In this document: one piece after another, positions 30,191-39,599 of the stretch
Numbering within the stretch: position 1 is the stretch's first letter
Layout of the letters: the number at the start of each line of letters is the position of its first letter
NCBI GenBank assembly: GCA_036679645.1
Contig: JAZDCY010000068.1
Coordinates: 17,715 to 81,714, forward strand
Direction: 5' to 3'
Origin: Gemmatimonadota bacterium
Lineage (GTDB): Bacteria > Gemmatimonadota > Gemmatimonadetes > Gemmatimonadales > GWC2-71-9
DNA length: 64,000 nucleotides
Translations under genes and position numbers: made by a program
The notes under the pieces: generated by a model
What the model saw: the letters and a program-made list of their open reading frames with translations, nothing else
What the model was told of the DNA's origin: nothing
Databases searched by the model: none

Positions 30191-30763
30191 ATGACAGACT
30201 TCACGATACACACGATAGACTCGGCCCCCGAGGCCTCAAAGGACCTCCTGGGAGCCGCACAGGCCAAGTACGGTTTTGTCCCGAACCTGTTGGGTGAGAT
30301 GGCCGATGCACCGTCCATGCTCAAAGCCTACATGACCGTGGGCGACGCGCTCGAGTCCAGCTCCCTTACGCCCCAGGAACAACAAGTCCTGATACTCACG
30401 GTGAGTTACCTGAACGAATGCGCCTACTGCATGACCGCCCATTCGGCCGCCGCCAAGATGGTGGGGCTTCCGGAGGGCGAGATCTCGGCGCTCCGGAAAG
30501 GCCAACCGTTGAGCACTGCCAAGCTCGAAGCGCTGCGCACGTTCGCGACGATCCTCGTCGAGAAGCGCGGTTGGGCATCGGAGGAGGATGTCGCGGCTTT
30601 CTTGGCCGCCGGTTACACGCAAGCCCACATCTTGGAGGTCATCGTGGGCGTCGCGTTCAAGACGTTGAGCAACTTCACCAACCACCTTGCCAACACCCCG
30701 ATCGACAAGCAGTTCGCGCGCTTCGCGTGGGAGCCGGCAGAGTCGGCTCAAGACACGGTATAG
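30191..30763 (+). CDS. carboxymuconolactone decarboxylase/AhpD-like protein
   Basis: HT..SAP...GFVPNL...N.CAYC..AH, FLAAGY, KTLSNF.NH..TP.D; AAGGAG RBS. Confidence 0.9.
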   Translation: MTDFTIHTIDSAPEASKDLLGAAQAKYGFVPNLLGEMADAPSMLKAYMTVGDALESSSLTPQEQQVLILTVSYLNECAYCMTAHSAAAKMVGLPEGEISALRKGQPLSTAKLEALRTFATILVEKRGWASEEDVAAFLAAGYTQAHILEVIVGVAFKTLSNFTNHLANTPIDKQFARFAWEPAESAQDTV

Positions 30764-30785
30764 AGGCACTTCATAGGTGAATAGG

Positions 30786-31103
30786 ATGTCGATGTCCCAG
30801 GGCAACTCTGCCCATGCAATTGACGAGCGGCTGAAAGCCCTGGGCATCGAGTTGCCCTGTCCACCTTCGCCCGCGGGGAGCTACGAGTCGGTGGTGATTC
30901 GGAACGGGATGGGGTACGTGTCCGGACAGCTGCCAATTCGGAACGGGGTGCTGGCTTATGCGGGCCGCGTCGGCGACGAGCTGAGCGTCGAGGAGGCCAT
31001 GCGGGCTGCTGAACTTGCCGGACTGAACGCGCTGGCGCAGATAGGACGCAGCACCGACGGATGGCAGTCGTTTGCCGGGCTCCTGAGAATGGAAGGCTAC
31101 ATC
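30786..31103 (+). pseudogene. RidA/YjgF-family protein, 3'-truncated
   Basis: RLKALGIELP.PP.PAGSY...YVSGQLP...GRVG...NALAQ...RMEGYI; similarity then stops and the catalytic-Arg C-terminal third is missing. Confidence 0.7.
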
Positions 31104-31141
31104 TGGACGCTAAAGCACCCTAGCAGTGATCAAGCCTACCG

Positions 31142-31450
31142 TCAGTCTCCAAACACGGATTTCGCGGTCACAGTTACTAGCTTCGCTGCCTTGTCTCTAA
31201 TCTCTGAGGCCTTCTTGAACTCCGGGTCGTTCTCAAATGCTTCTCTTGCATCTGCGTTCGCAAACCAGGTAACGACAATCTCATCGGGTTTGCCCATTCC
31301 TTCACCCTCGATTGCCTCTATCATCAGCCAACGCTCTATATGAACACCATGTCGAGCGAGGATGGGTTTGGCTTGCTCTTGGTATTCTGCGAACATGTCC
31401 GCATCACGGATCCACAGTAGCCGTACGACATACAGTCGGTCTTCAGACAT
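31142..31450 (-). CDS. DUF1330-family protein
   Basis: F.EY...AKPILARHG...IEG...PDEIVV.WF...A..AF.NDPEF.KA..IR; visibly more AT-rich than its neighbours. Confidence 0.78.
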   Translation of the reverse strand: MSEDRLYVVRLLWIRDADMFAEYQEQAKPILARHGVHIERWLMIEAIEGEGMGKPDEIVVTWFANADAREAFENDPEFKKASEIRDKAAKLVTVTAKSVFGD

Positions 31451-31497
31451 CGGACTCTCCTTGCTACCACCAGTGGATTGGCAAGCATTCGCCGCGG

Positions 31498-33810
31498 TCA
31501 GGCGCGAAAGGCAATTGGCGCGCCGAGGGACTCCTCCGGGACCGCGAAGGCATCCACCAACGGAATGGCATGCGTGCGGGTCTCAGCACAGATCTGGTTG
31601 ACGAGGTCGCGTATTGCCTTCGCCTTGTTCGGTGCAAAGTAACCGCTCTCGAGAAACCACCCCCGATCCGCCTCCAGGCGCGATAGCGCGAACAGGTCGG
31701 ACAGCGTCCGCAACACGCCAACCAGCATGCCGTCTTGGGTCTGGCGCACGCGCTCAACGAAGCGCTCCGCGATCACCCGTTCCACACTGGCGCGGGCAAG
31801 GGTCACGAGATGGTCCTGACATTCGTTCAACGCCGCAAATGAATCCATCCCCTCGTCGATGCGCCGTTTCAGCCGTTGTGCCGCCGTGCTCATCAACCGC
31901 TCCTCGCGGTAGCGGAACGCCGCCAGCTGGAAGTCCGGATCGCGGAGATGGTCTTCGTCCGTCAACCGCGTAACAACGGGGTTGAGCTCGGTCACCGCCG
32001 TGGCGGCGCGCTGGCCGAGATAACGGACTACCGAATACAGCCGCATTTCGGCGAATTCCTGCTTGAATTCGGTGAGCAGACCCTTTGCGACGAGTTGCAT
32101 GAGGACGGTGTTGTCGCCCTCGAACGTCGTGAACACATCGGTATCGGCTTTGAGCGCAGCGAAGCGGTTGACCGCGAGATACCCCGCGCCACCACACGCC
32201 TCACGACATTCCTGCAGCGTCGTGACCGTTTCCCACGTACTGAACGCCTTCATACCGGCCGCGCGCGTCTCGATCTCGCGTTGGTCGTCGTCGGTACGGT
32301 TCGCGTACCGGTCGGCGATGTCGTCGAGGGCGAAATGAACGGCGTATGCCGTGGCGAGACGTGGCATGAGACGCCGTTGATGAGTTCGGTAATCGAGCAG
32401 CACTTGCTCGACTTTGCCGGATGGACCGAACTGACGCCGCGCAGCCCCGTACCGAATGGCGATGGTGAGTCCTACTTTCGCGGCGCTGAGCGCGGCCCCC
32501 GCCACGCTGATGCGTCCACCGACCAACGTACCCAACATCGTGAAGAAACGCGGTGAGGCGCCTGCGATCGCACTTGTGTACTCACCGTCCGCCCCGACCT
32601 GCCCGAACCGGTCGAGCAGGTTCTCGCGCGGGATGCGCACGTCCTCGAACCAGATCCGTCCGTTGTCGACGCCGTTGAGGCCGAGTTTCTCGCCACAGTC
32701 CTCGATCCCGATACCATCGCAGACGGTTCCGTCATCGTCACGGATGGGGACGAGAAACGCGTGCACGCCGTAGTTCTCATCGCTGATCACGAGCTGCGCG
32801 AACACGATGGCGAGCCGTCCGTGTTGCGCCGCGTTGCCGATATAGTCCTTGCGCGCCGATTGGTTCGGCGTGTTGATGACGAACTCGTCCGTCGCCCGAT
32901 CGAACTGTGCTGTTGTTTCGATGTCGCGCACGTTTGAGCCGTGCCCGGTCTCGGTCATGGCGAAGCAGCCCGGCAGGTCGAGCGTGCCGGCATCCCGCAG
33001 ATACCGGTCGTGATGCCGCCGCGTTCCGAGCTGGTGCAGTCCTCCGCCGAAGAGTCCAAACTGCACGCCGTACTTCACCACCAGAGAGAGGTCGAAGTAT
33101 GCGAGGGTCTCGAACGTAGCCATGAACCCCCGGAGGTCGTTGCGACCACCGTACTCCTTCGGGTAGGAGAGAGAGCCCAGCCCACGCACGGCCACGAAGC
33201 GGGCCCACGACAACACTCGCTCGCGATATGTGGGGGTCTCGAGTCCGTACGTGTGCCGAAACGTCGGCTCCCGCAGAAGTCGCCGCACCTCTCCCCGGGC
33301 TTCCGCCTGCTTGCCGTCGAGCACTCGCGTCATGGCCGCCACGTCGAACCGGGGCGCTGCCTCTTCTAGCGGCGGCTCCGGTGCTGCCGCCGCTACCAGC
33401 TCCTGTACCGCCTCGGGGCCGATCACGCCCAGGGAGTCCTCGATCTCCGCGAGTGCCTGCGCGGCCTCCGCGCTTGGCTCTCCTGCGTCCGCTCTCGCCA
33501 GCTCCGCGCCGAGCTGGGCCAGCGAACGTGCCCCGGCAGCGGGCAACCCGGCTCCAAATCGCCGGATCACACTGCGGATAGCGCACAGCTGCTGCGCGGT
33601 CGGTCGTGCCGCCGGATCGAGCAGCGCACAGAGCGTGTCGCGCGAGCGGTCGTCTAGCCACGACTGTTGACGCACCTTCTGTGAGATGGTCTCGAGTTCC
33701 CGGTCGCTGAGCACGCCGTCAGCCCACGCGACGTAGAGCATCGGTAGCAGCCGCACGGCTGCCGGATCCAACCGCTCAACGTCAGAGATGGAGACACCGG
33801 CGCTAGGCAT
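31498..33810 (-). CDS. acyl-CoA oxidase/dehydrogenase with an N-terminal TerB-like helical domain
   Basis: GCFAMTETGHGSNV, KDYIGNAA, GLNGVDNG, CREACGGAGY, TFEGDNTVL; N-terminal LYVAWADGVLS..E. Confidence 0.9.
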   Translation of the reverse strand: MPSAGVSISDVERLDPAAVRLLPMLYVAWADGVLSDRELETISQKVRQQSWLDDRSRDTLCALLDPAARPTAQQLCAIRSVIRRFGAGLPAAGARSLAQLGAELARADAGEPSAEAAQALAEIEDSLGVIGPEAVQELVAAAAPEPPLEEAAPRFDVAAMTRVLDGKQAEARGEVRRLLREPTFRHTYGLETPTYRERVLSWARFVAVRGLGSLSYPKEYGGRNDLRGFMATFETLAYFDLSLVVKYGVQFGLFGGGLHQLGTRRHHDRYLRDAGTLDLPGCFAMTETGHGSNVRDIETTAQFDRATDEFVINTPNQSARKDYIGNAAQHGRLAIVFAQLVISDENYGVHAFLVPIRDDDGTVCDGIGIEDCGEKLGLNGVDNGRIWFEDVRIPRENLLDRFGQVGADGEYTSAIAGASPRFFTMLGTLVGGRISVAGAALSAAKVGLTIAIRYGAARRQFGPSGKVEQVLLDYRTHQRRLMPRLATAYAVHFALDDIADRYANRTDDDQREIETRAAGMKAFSTWETVTTLQECREACGGAGYLAVNRFAALKADTDVFTTFEGDNTVLMQLVAKGLLTEFKQEFAEMRLYSVVRYLGQRAATAVTELNPVVTRLTDEDHLRDPDFQLAAFRYREERLMSTAAQRLKRRIDEGMDSFAALNECQDHLVTLARASVERVIAERFVERVRQTQDGMLVGVLRTLSDLFALSRLEADRGWFLESGYFAPNKAKAIRDLVNQICAETRTHAIPLVDAFAVPEESLGAPIAFRA

Positions 33811-33816
33811 CGATCT

Positions 33817-34263
33817 TCACGAGCGGGAGGTCATGGGCTCGAACGTGACGGCATCGACCATATGCACGCCGTTGGCAAGCGTCTTGTGAACCGGACACCG
33901 CTGCGCTACCTGGGTCAGCCGGGCGCGTTGAGGCTCATCGAACGATCCACGGATCGTCACGTGTGACTGGATACGATCGATCCAACCATCGGCGCGCTCG
34001 TCGCAGCCAACGCAGTCGTCAGCATGCACCCGGTCGAACTCCAGTCTCACGCCCACCTCGGCAAGGGCGATTCCCTTGTGGTCTGCATAGAGTCTGAGGG
34101 TGATGGCGATACAGGCCGCGAGGCCCCCGAGCAAGATCTCGTACGGCGTCGGCCCTACATCGGTCCCGCCCGCGGCGAGAGGCTCGTCGCCACGCCATGA
34201 GAACGTACGAGCCTGAATGTCTACCGCTGTGCCTTCGCGAAGTACTGCTGACACGAACGCCAT
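33817..34263 (-). CDS. OsmC-family protein
   Basis: DEP..AGG.D.GPTPYE.LL..LAAC..ITL..YA..KG; A.RCPVHKTL. Confidence 0.92.
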   Translation of the reverse strand: MAFVSAVLREGTAVDIQARTFSWRGDEPLAAGGTDVGPTPYEILLGGLAACIAITLRLYADHKGIALAEVGVRLEFDRVHADDCVGCDERADGWIDRIQSHVTIRGSFDEPQRARLTQVAQRCPVHKTLANGVHMVDAVTFEPMTSRS

Positions 34264-34345
34264 CTCGCCTCCGATGTAATGTCTAGCCCCACGGTGCTGT
34301 GCCGCCGATCTCCACGCCACCGATGCGCTCTAGCCGCCCAGCGCA

Positions 34346-34501
34346 TCAGACGTTCCGCTCGAGGATCATAGCCGAGGCCTGGGCGCCCGAGTGAACACTG
34401 AGTTGAAGCGGTGAGTGCTTCCGGAACGTGGTGCCCGCCTTGGCAAACGGCGTTCGCGCGCCGCCAACCACTGCGACTCTCGTAGATGTGCCTGGCGTCA
34501 T
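34346..34501 (-). pseudogene. thiolase (acetyl-CoA C-acyltransferase) with an in-frame internal deletion, 51 aa
   Basis: MTPGTSTRVAVVGGARTPFAKAGTTFRKHSPLQLSVHS-GAQASAMILERNV*; AAGGAG RBS. Thiolase N-terminus joined to the thiolase C-terminus. Confidence 0.75.
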
Positions 34502-34535
34502 GACGACTCGCTCCTTGGAAACGCGCGTGTCTGGG

Positions 34536-36278
34536 TCATATCGCGATCACCACGGCGCTCGTTGGCTTAGTGCAGCAGATCAACACCGAGCCCTCATCGG
34601 GTGGGTCGAGTGGCTCGAGCACGTACTCGACCTCACCCTTTTCGATCTCACAGATACACGTTTGGCAGATCCCCGACCGACAACTGTAATCGGGACTCAG
34701 GCCAACCGCCTCGGCCAGATCCAGGATACTGTCGAGAGAAGGATTCCAGTGAGCACGTACCCCAGATTTCGAAAACGTCACCTCGACCTCGTTGCAGCAC
34801 TCCCCGGCCTCTGCCACCCGCTTCGGCGTAGCAACTAGTGCCCGCTCCTTCAACGCCGACGCCGGGCCGAAGAACTCGTAGTGAATGCGGTGTTCGGCGA
34901 TGCCCCACGCCAGCAATCCCGTGAACAACGACTGCAGGAAGTCGGTCGGGCCGCAGAGATAGAAATCACAGTCTGGGCTCGGGAGAAGGCGCTGCAACAG
35001 CTCCACATCTACACGTCCCTCGTCATCGAAGTCACGGCCGAGAACATCTTCCGTGCCCGGCCGACTGTATCGGATGTGTGCATGCACGTTGTCGTGCTCT
35101 GCGGCGATCTGCCGGACCAACGCACCCATCGCATGCGCCTGCCCGTCTCGTGCGCCATGGACAAACCACGTCGGTCGGTTCGCACTCACCGAGGCGATGG
35201 CCTCGAGCATGCTCACCAACGGTGTTAAGCCTACGCCTGCACTGACAAGCACGATGGGCCTAGTACCAATCGGATCGAGATAGAACTTCCCACGCGGCGC
35301 CTTCGCGAGCAGCTTGGATCCCACGTCGACGTGATCGTGGAAGTAGTTGGAGGCTACTCCAGGGTATGCGTCGGGCTGGCCGGCCGGCGCCGTCTCCCGC
35401 TTGATGGTGAGGCGATAGTGGTCCATGTCCGGGCGATTGGACAGAGAGTAGGTTCGGACAACGGGCGTGTACTGGCCGGGGATGTGCAGTTGCAGCGGCA
35501 GGAATTGACCTGGCAAGAAACGATCGAGGGGTTCGCCATCTTCCGCCCTCAGGTAGAATGACGTGATCGCCTCGCTCTCGGAAACCTTGCGAGTGACCAC
35601 CAACGTCCGGTATTGCTCCTTCGCCTTCGTCGCGAGTTGCGCTTTGGCCAAGCGTTTCTCGAACGACTGCCTCCATCCCGGTGACATTGCCTCGATACCC
35701 AACGCGGTTCGCGCACCGTCGAGATCGTCCTTCTCAAAATAGAGCAGGCTGCTCATTCGACGGACCGTCATGCCAACCGGATCCAGGCTGACTCGCTCGA
35801 TCTCATCGCCGCCGCCGACTTCGCCCTCCTCCAGCACGCGAAAATAGAATCCAGGTCGACCACTTTCGAGGATCTGTGCGTAGAATCCCTCAACACCCAC
35901 CTTGATCGCGAGCTTGTAGCACGGGACGCGCGGCTGGGTAACCTGAAATAGTGCCGTGCCAATGCGGAAGACATCTCCCACATTGATCTCGTCCTCCAGC
36001 ATCCCTGCGACGGTGAAATTCTCGCCGAAATGTCCGTATTGGAGTCCCGTTTGGCCCAGCTCACGTTCCCAAAAACGGTAGTTCTCGACCGTGTAAACCA
36101 ACACGGCTCTGAACGGGCCGCCGTGACCGACCAGATCCGCCTGCCCATCACCTTTAATATTGAGGGTACCAACGCCCACGCGCCCGTCGACAGGTTCCTT
36201 GAATATCCCGGTTCTGACGGTGCGTCCCTTTACGTCGATCTCCTTCGGGAGTGAAACATTCACTGACAGAAGCTTCAT
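34536..36278 (-). CDS. MOSC domain / FAD-NAD(P) oxidoreductase / 2Fe-2S ferredoxin fusion
   Basis: TGIFK.PV, GDGQADL..HGG, FGENFT, QPRVPCYK (MOSC); RTYSLS, SAGVGLTP, YLCGP (FNR-like); CRSGICQTC...ICC (2Fe-2S). Confidence 0.92.
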   Translation of the reverse strand: MKLLSVNVSLPKEIDVKGRTVRTGIFKEPVDGRVGVGTLNIKGDGQADLVGHGGPFRAVLVYTVENYRFWERELGQTGLQYGHFGENFTVAGMLEDEINVGDVFRIGTALFQVTQPRVPCYKLAIKVGVEGFYAQILESGRPGFYFRVLEEGEVGGGDEIERVSLDPVGMTVRRMSSLLYFEKDDLDGARTALGIEAMSPGWRQSFEKRLAKAQLATKAKEQYRTLVVTRKVSESEAITSFYLRAEDGEPLDRFLPGQFLPLQLHIPGQYTPVVRTYSLSNRPDMDHYRLTIKRETAPAGQPDAYPGVASNYFHDHVDVGSKLLAKAPRGKFYLDPIGTRPIVLVSAGVGLTPLVSMLEAIASVSANRPTWFVHGARDGQAHAMGALVRQIAAEHDNVHAHIRYSRPGTEDVLGRDFDDEGRVDVELLQRLLPSPDCDFYLCGPTDFLQSLFTGLLAWGIAEHRIHYEFFGPASALKERALVATPKRVAEAGECCNEVEVTFSKSGVRAHWNPSLDSILDLAEAVGLSPDYSCRSGICQTCICEIEKGEVEYVLEPLDPPDEGSVLICCTKPTSAVVIAI

Positions 36279-36309
36279 CGCTGTACCCCTGACGTTGAAC
36301 GCTGCCGGC

Positions 36310-36901
36310 ACGACACTCGTCGTGTACGTGGACGAAACCGGGCATCCCGCCGCGGTGCGAACAATCCGTTCCCCGTTCGGCGTGAGTCGTTGCGACAAAG
36401 AACGTATCGGCGGACTCAACCCAACCGCGCTCGCAATCGTCTAGCTGCTTCCTACGCACAATCTCGCCACGGTCACCACGTTTCTTCTGGGCGAACGTCC
36501 GTGCCTGAATGTATTTGGGGCAGTTGGCATAGACCTCCGCAGTCGAAACACTGAGCACGTCGGCGGCGACGCTTTCAATTCGCCCGTTCAGACGAAGTCG
36601 GCGGCGCGAGCCGGGCTCGATGCCGATCATGCTGACGGGCCATCCCACCTTGCGAAGGGTGTCTGCGAGTGGATCACCCGCCAGGATGCCGCCAGCAATG
36701 ACGACCGTCTGGTCACCATTAGACCGCACGAAGCCGGGCTCACCAACGAGATGGGTAGCCCACATCTCACCACGTTTCATCCGCGGCACCCAGTACGACG
36801 AACGGAAGCTGCTGGAGAAACTCCTGTGCCGTTCGCCTTCCACCTGACCGTTCCTGAAGCGCTATCTCACCTTGATGGTACGGCCGGTCGCCCTGGTTCA
36901 C
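36310..36901 (-). pseudogene. pyridoxamine-5'-phosphate-oxidase-like FMN-binding protein, frameshifted and truncated
   Basis: Pieces in different frames: YHQGEIALQER, EFLQQLPFVVLGAAD, G.MWA..L.GEPGF, RRRLRLNG, EVYANCPKYIQAR, ADTFFVAT, DCSHRGGMPGFV. Confidence 0.75.
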
Positions 36902-36926
36902 ATGGCCACCCACCCCTTCCTTCAAC

Positions 36927-37583
36927 TCATCCTGCTCCACCCAGGACCTCCACCGCCTCCTCGGTGGTGAGCACGTCGTTGGCAATGAAAGCGTAGTTGG
37001 TCAGCGCGGCAGCGTAACCGTCGCCGAGTTCCGGCGTGATGGCTGCGGCGGTCGCGTCTTTCACGACCGCTACCTCGAAGCCCTGCTCCATGAGCTCCCG
37101 CATGTGGCTCTCGGTACAGAGGTTGGCCGACATGCCGCAGAGGACCGCCTTGTCGACCCCGCGCTTGCGCAGCTGCAGCACCAGGTCGTTGGTCTCCGGA
37201 CCGTACACCTTGTGCGGGCTCGTGACGATGGTCTTGCCGTCGTTGATGTAGGGCTTGTAGCGCTCCAGCCAGTCGGCGCCGGAACCTTCGAAACCATCCA
37301 GGTCTAGCGGGCCCGGACGGTCGAACATGCCCATTTGGTGCATCGCCTTCTCGAGCGTGCCCGCGAACTTCCAACCGTGATCCGTCGGGTAGTAGTAGTG
37401 GGGCGAGATGAAGACAGGGATGTCGTTGGCCTTGGCCGCCTTGAAGAGGGATTCGATGTTCTCGACCGTGTTGTTCTCGGTGACATTCTGGCCGACCATA
37501 CCCCAGGTGGCGCCGTCAGGGCTCAGGAAGTCATTCTGGGGATCGGTCACCACCAGGGCTGTCGGGGTCGCGGAATCGCTCAC
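36927..37583 (-). CDS. isochorismatase-family cysteine hydrolase
   Basis: TALVVTDPQNDFL, HKVYG, GMSANLCTESH, FEVAVVKDATA; GGAGGAG RBS before GTG 37583. Confidence 0.88.
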   Translation of the reverse strand: MSDSATPTALVVTDPQNDFLSPDGATWGMVGQNVTENNTVENIESLFKAAKANDIPVFISPHYYYPTDHGWKFAGTLEKAMHQMGMFDRPGPLDLDGFEGSGADWLERYKPYINDGKTIVTSPHKVYGPETNDLVLQLRKRGVDKAVLCGMSANLCTESHMRELMEQGFEVAVVKDATAAAITPELGDGYAAALTNYAFIANDVLTTEEAVEVLGGAG

Positions 37584-37718
37584 GCTCTCCTCCGCTTCTC
37601 GAGTCGGGTCGGTTCCGGTGTCCGTCCCACTGGGAGGGTGAGGCGGAGCACGTACTTGGAAATCCGACTTAGCCGCTCGTATATCTGCTGTCAAGTACCA
37701 GGTGGCAGTACACTTGTG

Positions 37719-38687
37719 TCATGTTAACACCACCAACTTGCCCATAGCCTGGTTGCTCTCCATGTACTCGTGGGCTTGCACAATTTCCTCTAGTTTGAAC
37801 GTCCGATCTATCCGTAGCGCTAGTTCTCCGTTCTCAACAGCGTTGATAAAGTCCTGTAGCGCTTCTCTGGTGAGGTTCTCCGATTCACCCATGTAAACGG
37901 TTAGTCTCCCAAGTGAAGGTATATCGCCCATGGGAGTGAATTCTCTCATCGTCCACTCACCTCCCAGAATACCCGTGACACACACCATTCCCCTTGGCTT
38001 GATACACTCGAGGGAATCTTTGAGAGTTCTAGTACCAATCAGTTCCAAAACCTTGTCAACTCCTTGCGGATAGATGGCCCTCACTTGATCTCGCACACTT
38101 CCGCTGTCAACGACGACATGCGCAGCCCCATTCTGCTTCAAGAAAGATTCCTTGGCTGGATTGCGCGTCGTAGACACTACGGTGAGTCCAAGATGTTTGG
38201 CGAGCTGGCAGGAAGTAATACCGATGGATGAAGTCCCTCCCCTAATCAGCAATGTCTCTCCTTCTTGGACTTCTAATGCTTGATGCAAGGAGCCGGACAC
38301 GGTCTGACACATTTCAGGAATTGCGCCGAGTATCTTCCAGTCCAACGTGCTTTCAAACGGAAAGACTATCTGATTCGGCACCAAACTGTATTCGGCATAC
38401 CCACCATCGAAATCTCTTCCCATTCCACCCATCAAGGCAGCCACCTTTCGTCCCTTCGATAACTTGCGAGAGGGATCGTTCTCAACCTCACCGATACATT
38501 CGATGCCTTGTATCCTCGGGAATCGCACTCCGGGGGAATCACCCTGACGAGTGAACAACTCTGACCGGTTGAGGCCAAACGCCCTGACCCTGATCAAGAT
38601 CCAACCATCCTTGACCTCGGGGACGGGAACATCTTTGACTCTTATGACCGAAGCAGGTCCCGCCTTCTCGGTGACCGCTGCTTTCAT
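37719..38687 (-). CDS. MDR-superfamily (zinc-binding ADH-like) oxidoreductase
   Basis: AFGLNRSE..TRQG, GIECIG, FDGGYAEY, RGGTSSIG, AHEYMESN...GKLVV; lower GC than the window. Confidence 0.9.
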   Translation of the reverse strand: MKAAVTEKAGPASVIRVKDVPVPEVKDGWILIRVRAFGLNRSELFTRQGDSPGVRFPRIQGIECIGEVENDPSRKLSKGRKVAALMGGMGRDFDGGYAEYSLVPNQIVFPFESTLDWKILGAIPEMCQTVSGSLHQALEVQEGETLLIRGGTSSIGITSCQLAKHLGLTVVSTTRNPAKESFLKQNGAAHVVVDSGSVRDQVRAIYPQGVDKVLELIGTRTLKDSLECIKPRGMVCVTGILGGEWTMREFTPMGDIPSLGRLTVYMGESENLTREALQDFINAVENGELALRIDRTFKLEEIVQAHEYMESNQAMGKLVVLT

Positions 38688-38730
38688 AGGCGTCCTCCCT
38701 GGGGTTGTGCAACAGCTGCTGTAGGCGGAC

Positions 38731-39255
38731 TTAGGCAGGCGTCTGCTTTTCCGAATACACCCAATCGGGACGGCGGGACATGAGGACCCGCAGATCCATG
38801 CGGATCTCCTCGGCCGTGGGACGGCCGACGAACCACCAGCCGTTGTAGACCTTATAGATCGTTCGATCCCGATCCAGCATGAACGTGTAGGGGATGTACA
38901 CCTCCCCGTGCGCCTTATCAGTCGTGTCCGTCATCTGCAGCTCGTGGAGCAGGCGGCGGTCGGGATCCATGAGGAACGGCCAGTCAGCGGCGAGGGCGGT
39001 GCACGTCTCTGTGGTGTTCATACGGTCATCGACCGAGACTGTGATCATCTTGCAGTAGTTGACCCTGAACTCGGGCTGAAGTTGCTGCACATAGATCGTC
39101 AACTGACGACGATCTTTTGGTCAGTAGTATCCGCGGCTGAAGATCAGGACGGTGGGGAATCCCCGTATCAGCTTGGACAGCTGCTGCATATCGCCGTCCT
39201 GATCGGGCAGCTCGAAGTCGGGAAACTGGTTGCCGACCTCGAGATCGGGATGCAT
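38731..39255 (-). CDS. AhpC/TSA-like redoxin with an in-frame TGA at the catalytic position; probable selenoprotein, 174 aa
   Basis: MHPDLEVGNQFPDFELPDQDG...PTVLIFSRGYY-TGA(39123-39121)-PKDRRQL...WPFLMDP...YNGWWFVGRP...RPDW, one frame throughout. Confidence 0.8.
39093..39115 (-). promoter_or_regulatory. SECIS-like hairpin just 3' of the in-frame UGA
   Basis: mRNA UGA-CCAAA-AGAUCGUC-GUCAGUU-GACGAUCU, a perfect 8-bp stem. Confidence 0.6.
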
Positions 39256-39378
39256 GGGGTAGTCCACGGGCGTCTCCCTGAGAGAGCAATCCTTCGCCGG
39301 AGTCAGTCGGCGATCCGTTCACGTCGCCGTCATGATTGCGAAGCTATATCAGCGTCGGGAGGGGGGCCAGCGGGACGA

Positions 39379-39494
39379 GTGAGCCGCTGGCGTCGCGCGG
39401 CGCTAGATTCTCTCGTGCCCCAAAAGATCTGTCCCCGTACTTGCCAAGCAGTGGCTTCGATGGAGATTTCGTAACGGTACATCTTGACTCTAGC
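39379..39494 (+). repeat. ~115-bp intergenic direct repeat, copy 1
   Basis: GTGAGCCGCTGGCGTCGC...GATTCTCTCGTGCCCCA...ACTTGCCAAGCAGTGGCTT.GATGGAGATTTCGTAACGG.ACATCTTGACTCTAGC, shared with 41886..41999. Confidence 0.9.
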
Positions 39495-39599
39495 GAGGCC
39501 TCGAGGCTCTGAGCACGTTCGCGCGACACCCGGTTGACCGGTGACCCGGTCCAATGCAGGATTGCCGGTGTACAATGAGCCTATGCACCGGAAGGACCG

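Noticed and set aside
30777..31343. 188-aa RidA with a real C-terminal extension overlapping DUF1330
   Set aside because: The extension is the antisense reading of the DUF1330 gene and lacks RidA C-terminal motifs.
38731..39102. 123-aa ORF as the complete gene
   Set aside because: It starts after the active-site position, and the redoxin N-terminus lies in frame upstream of the TGA.
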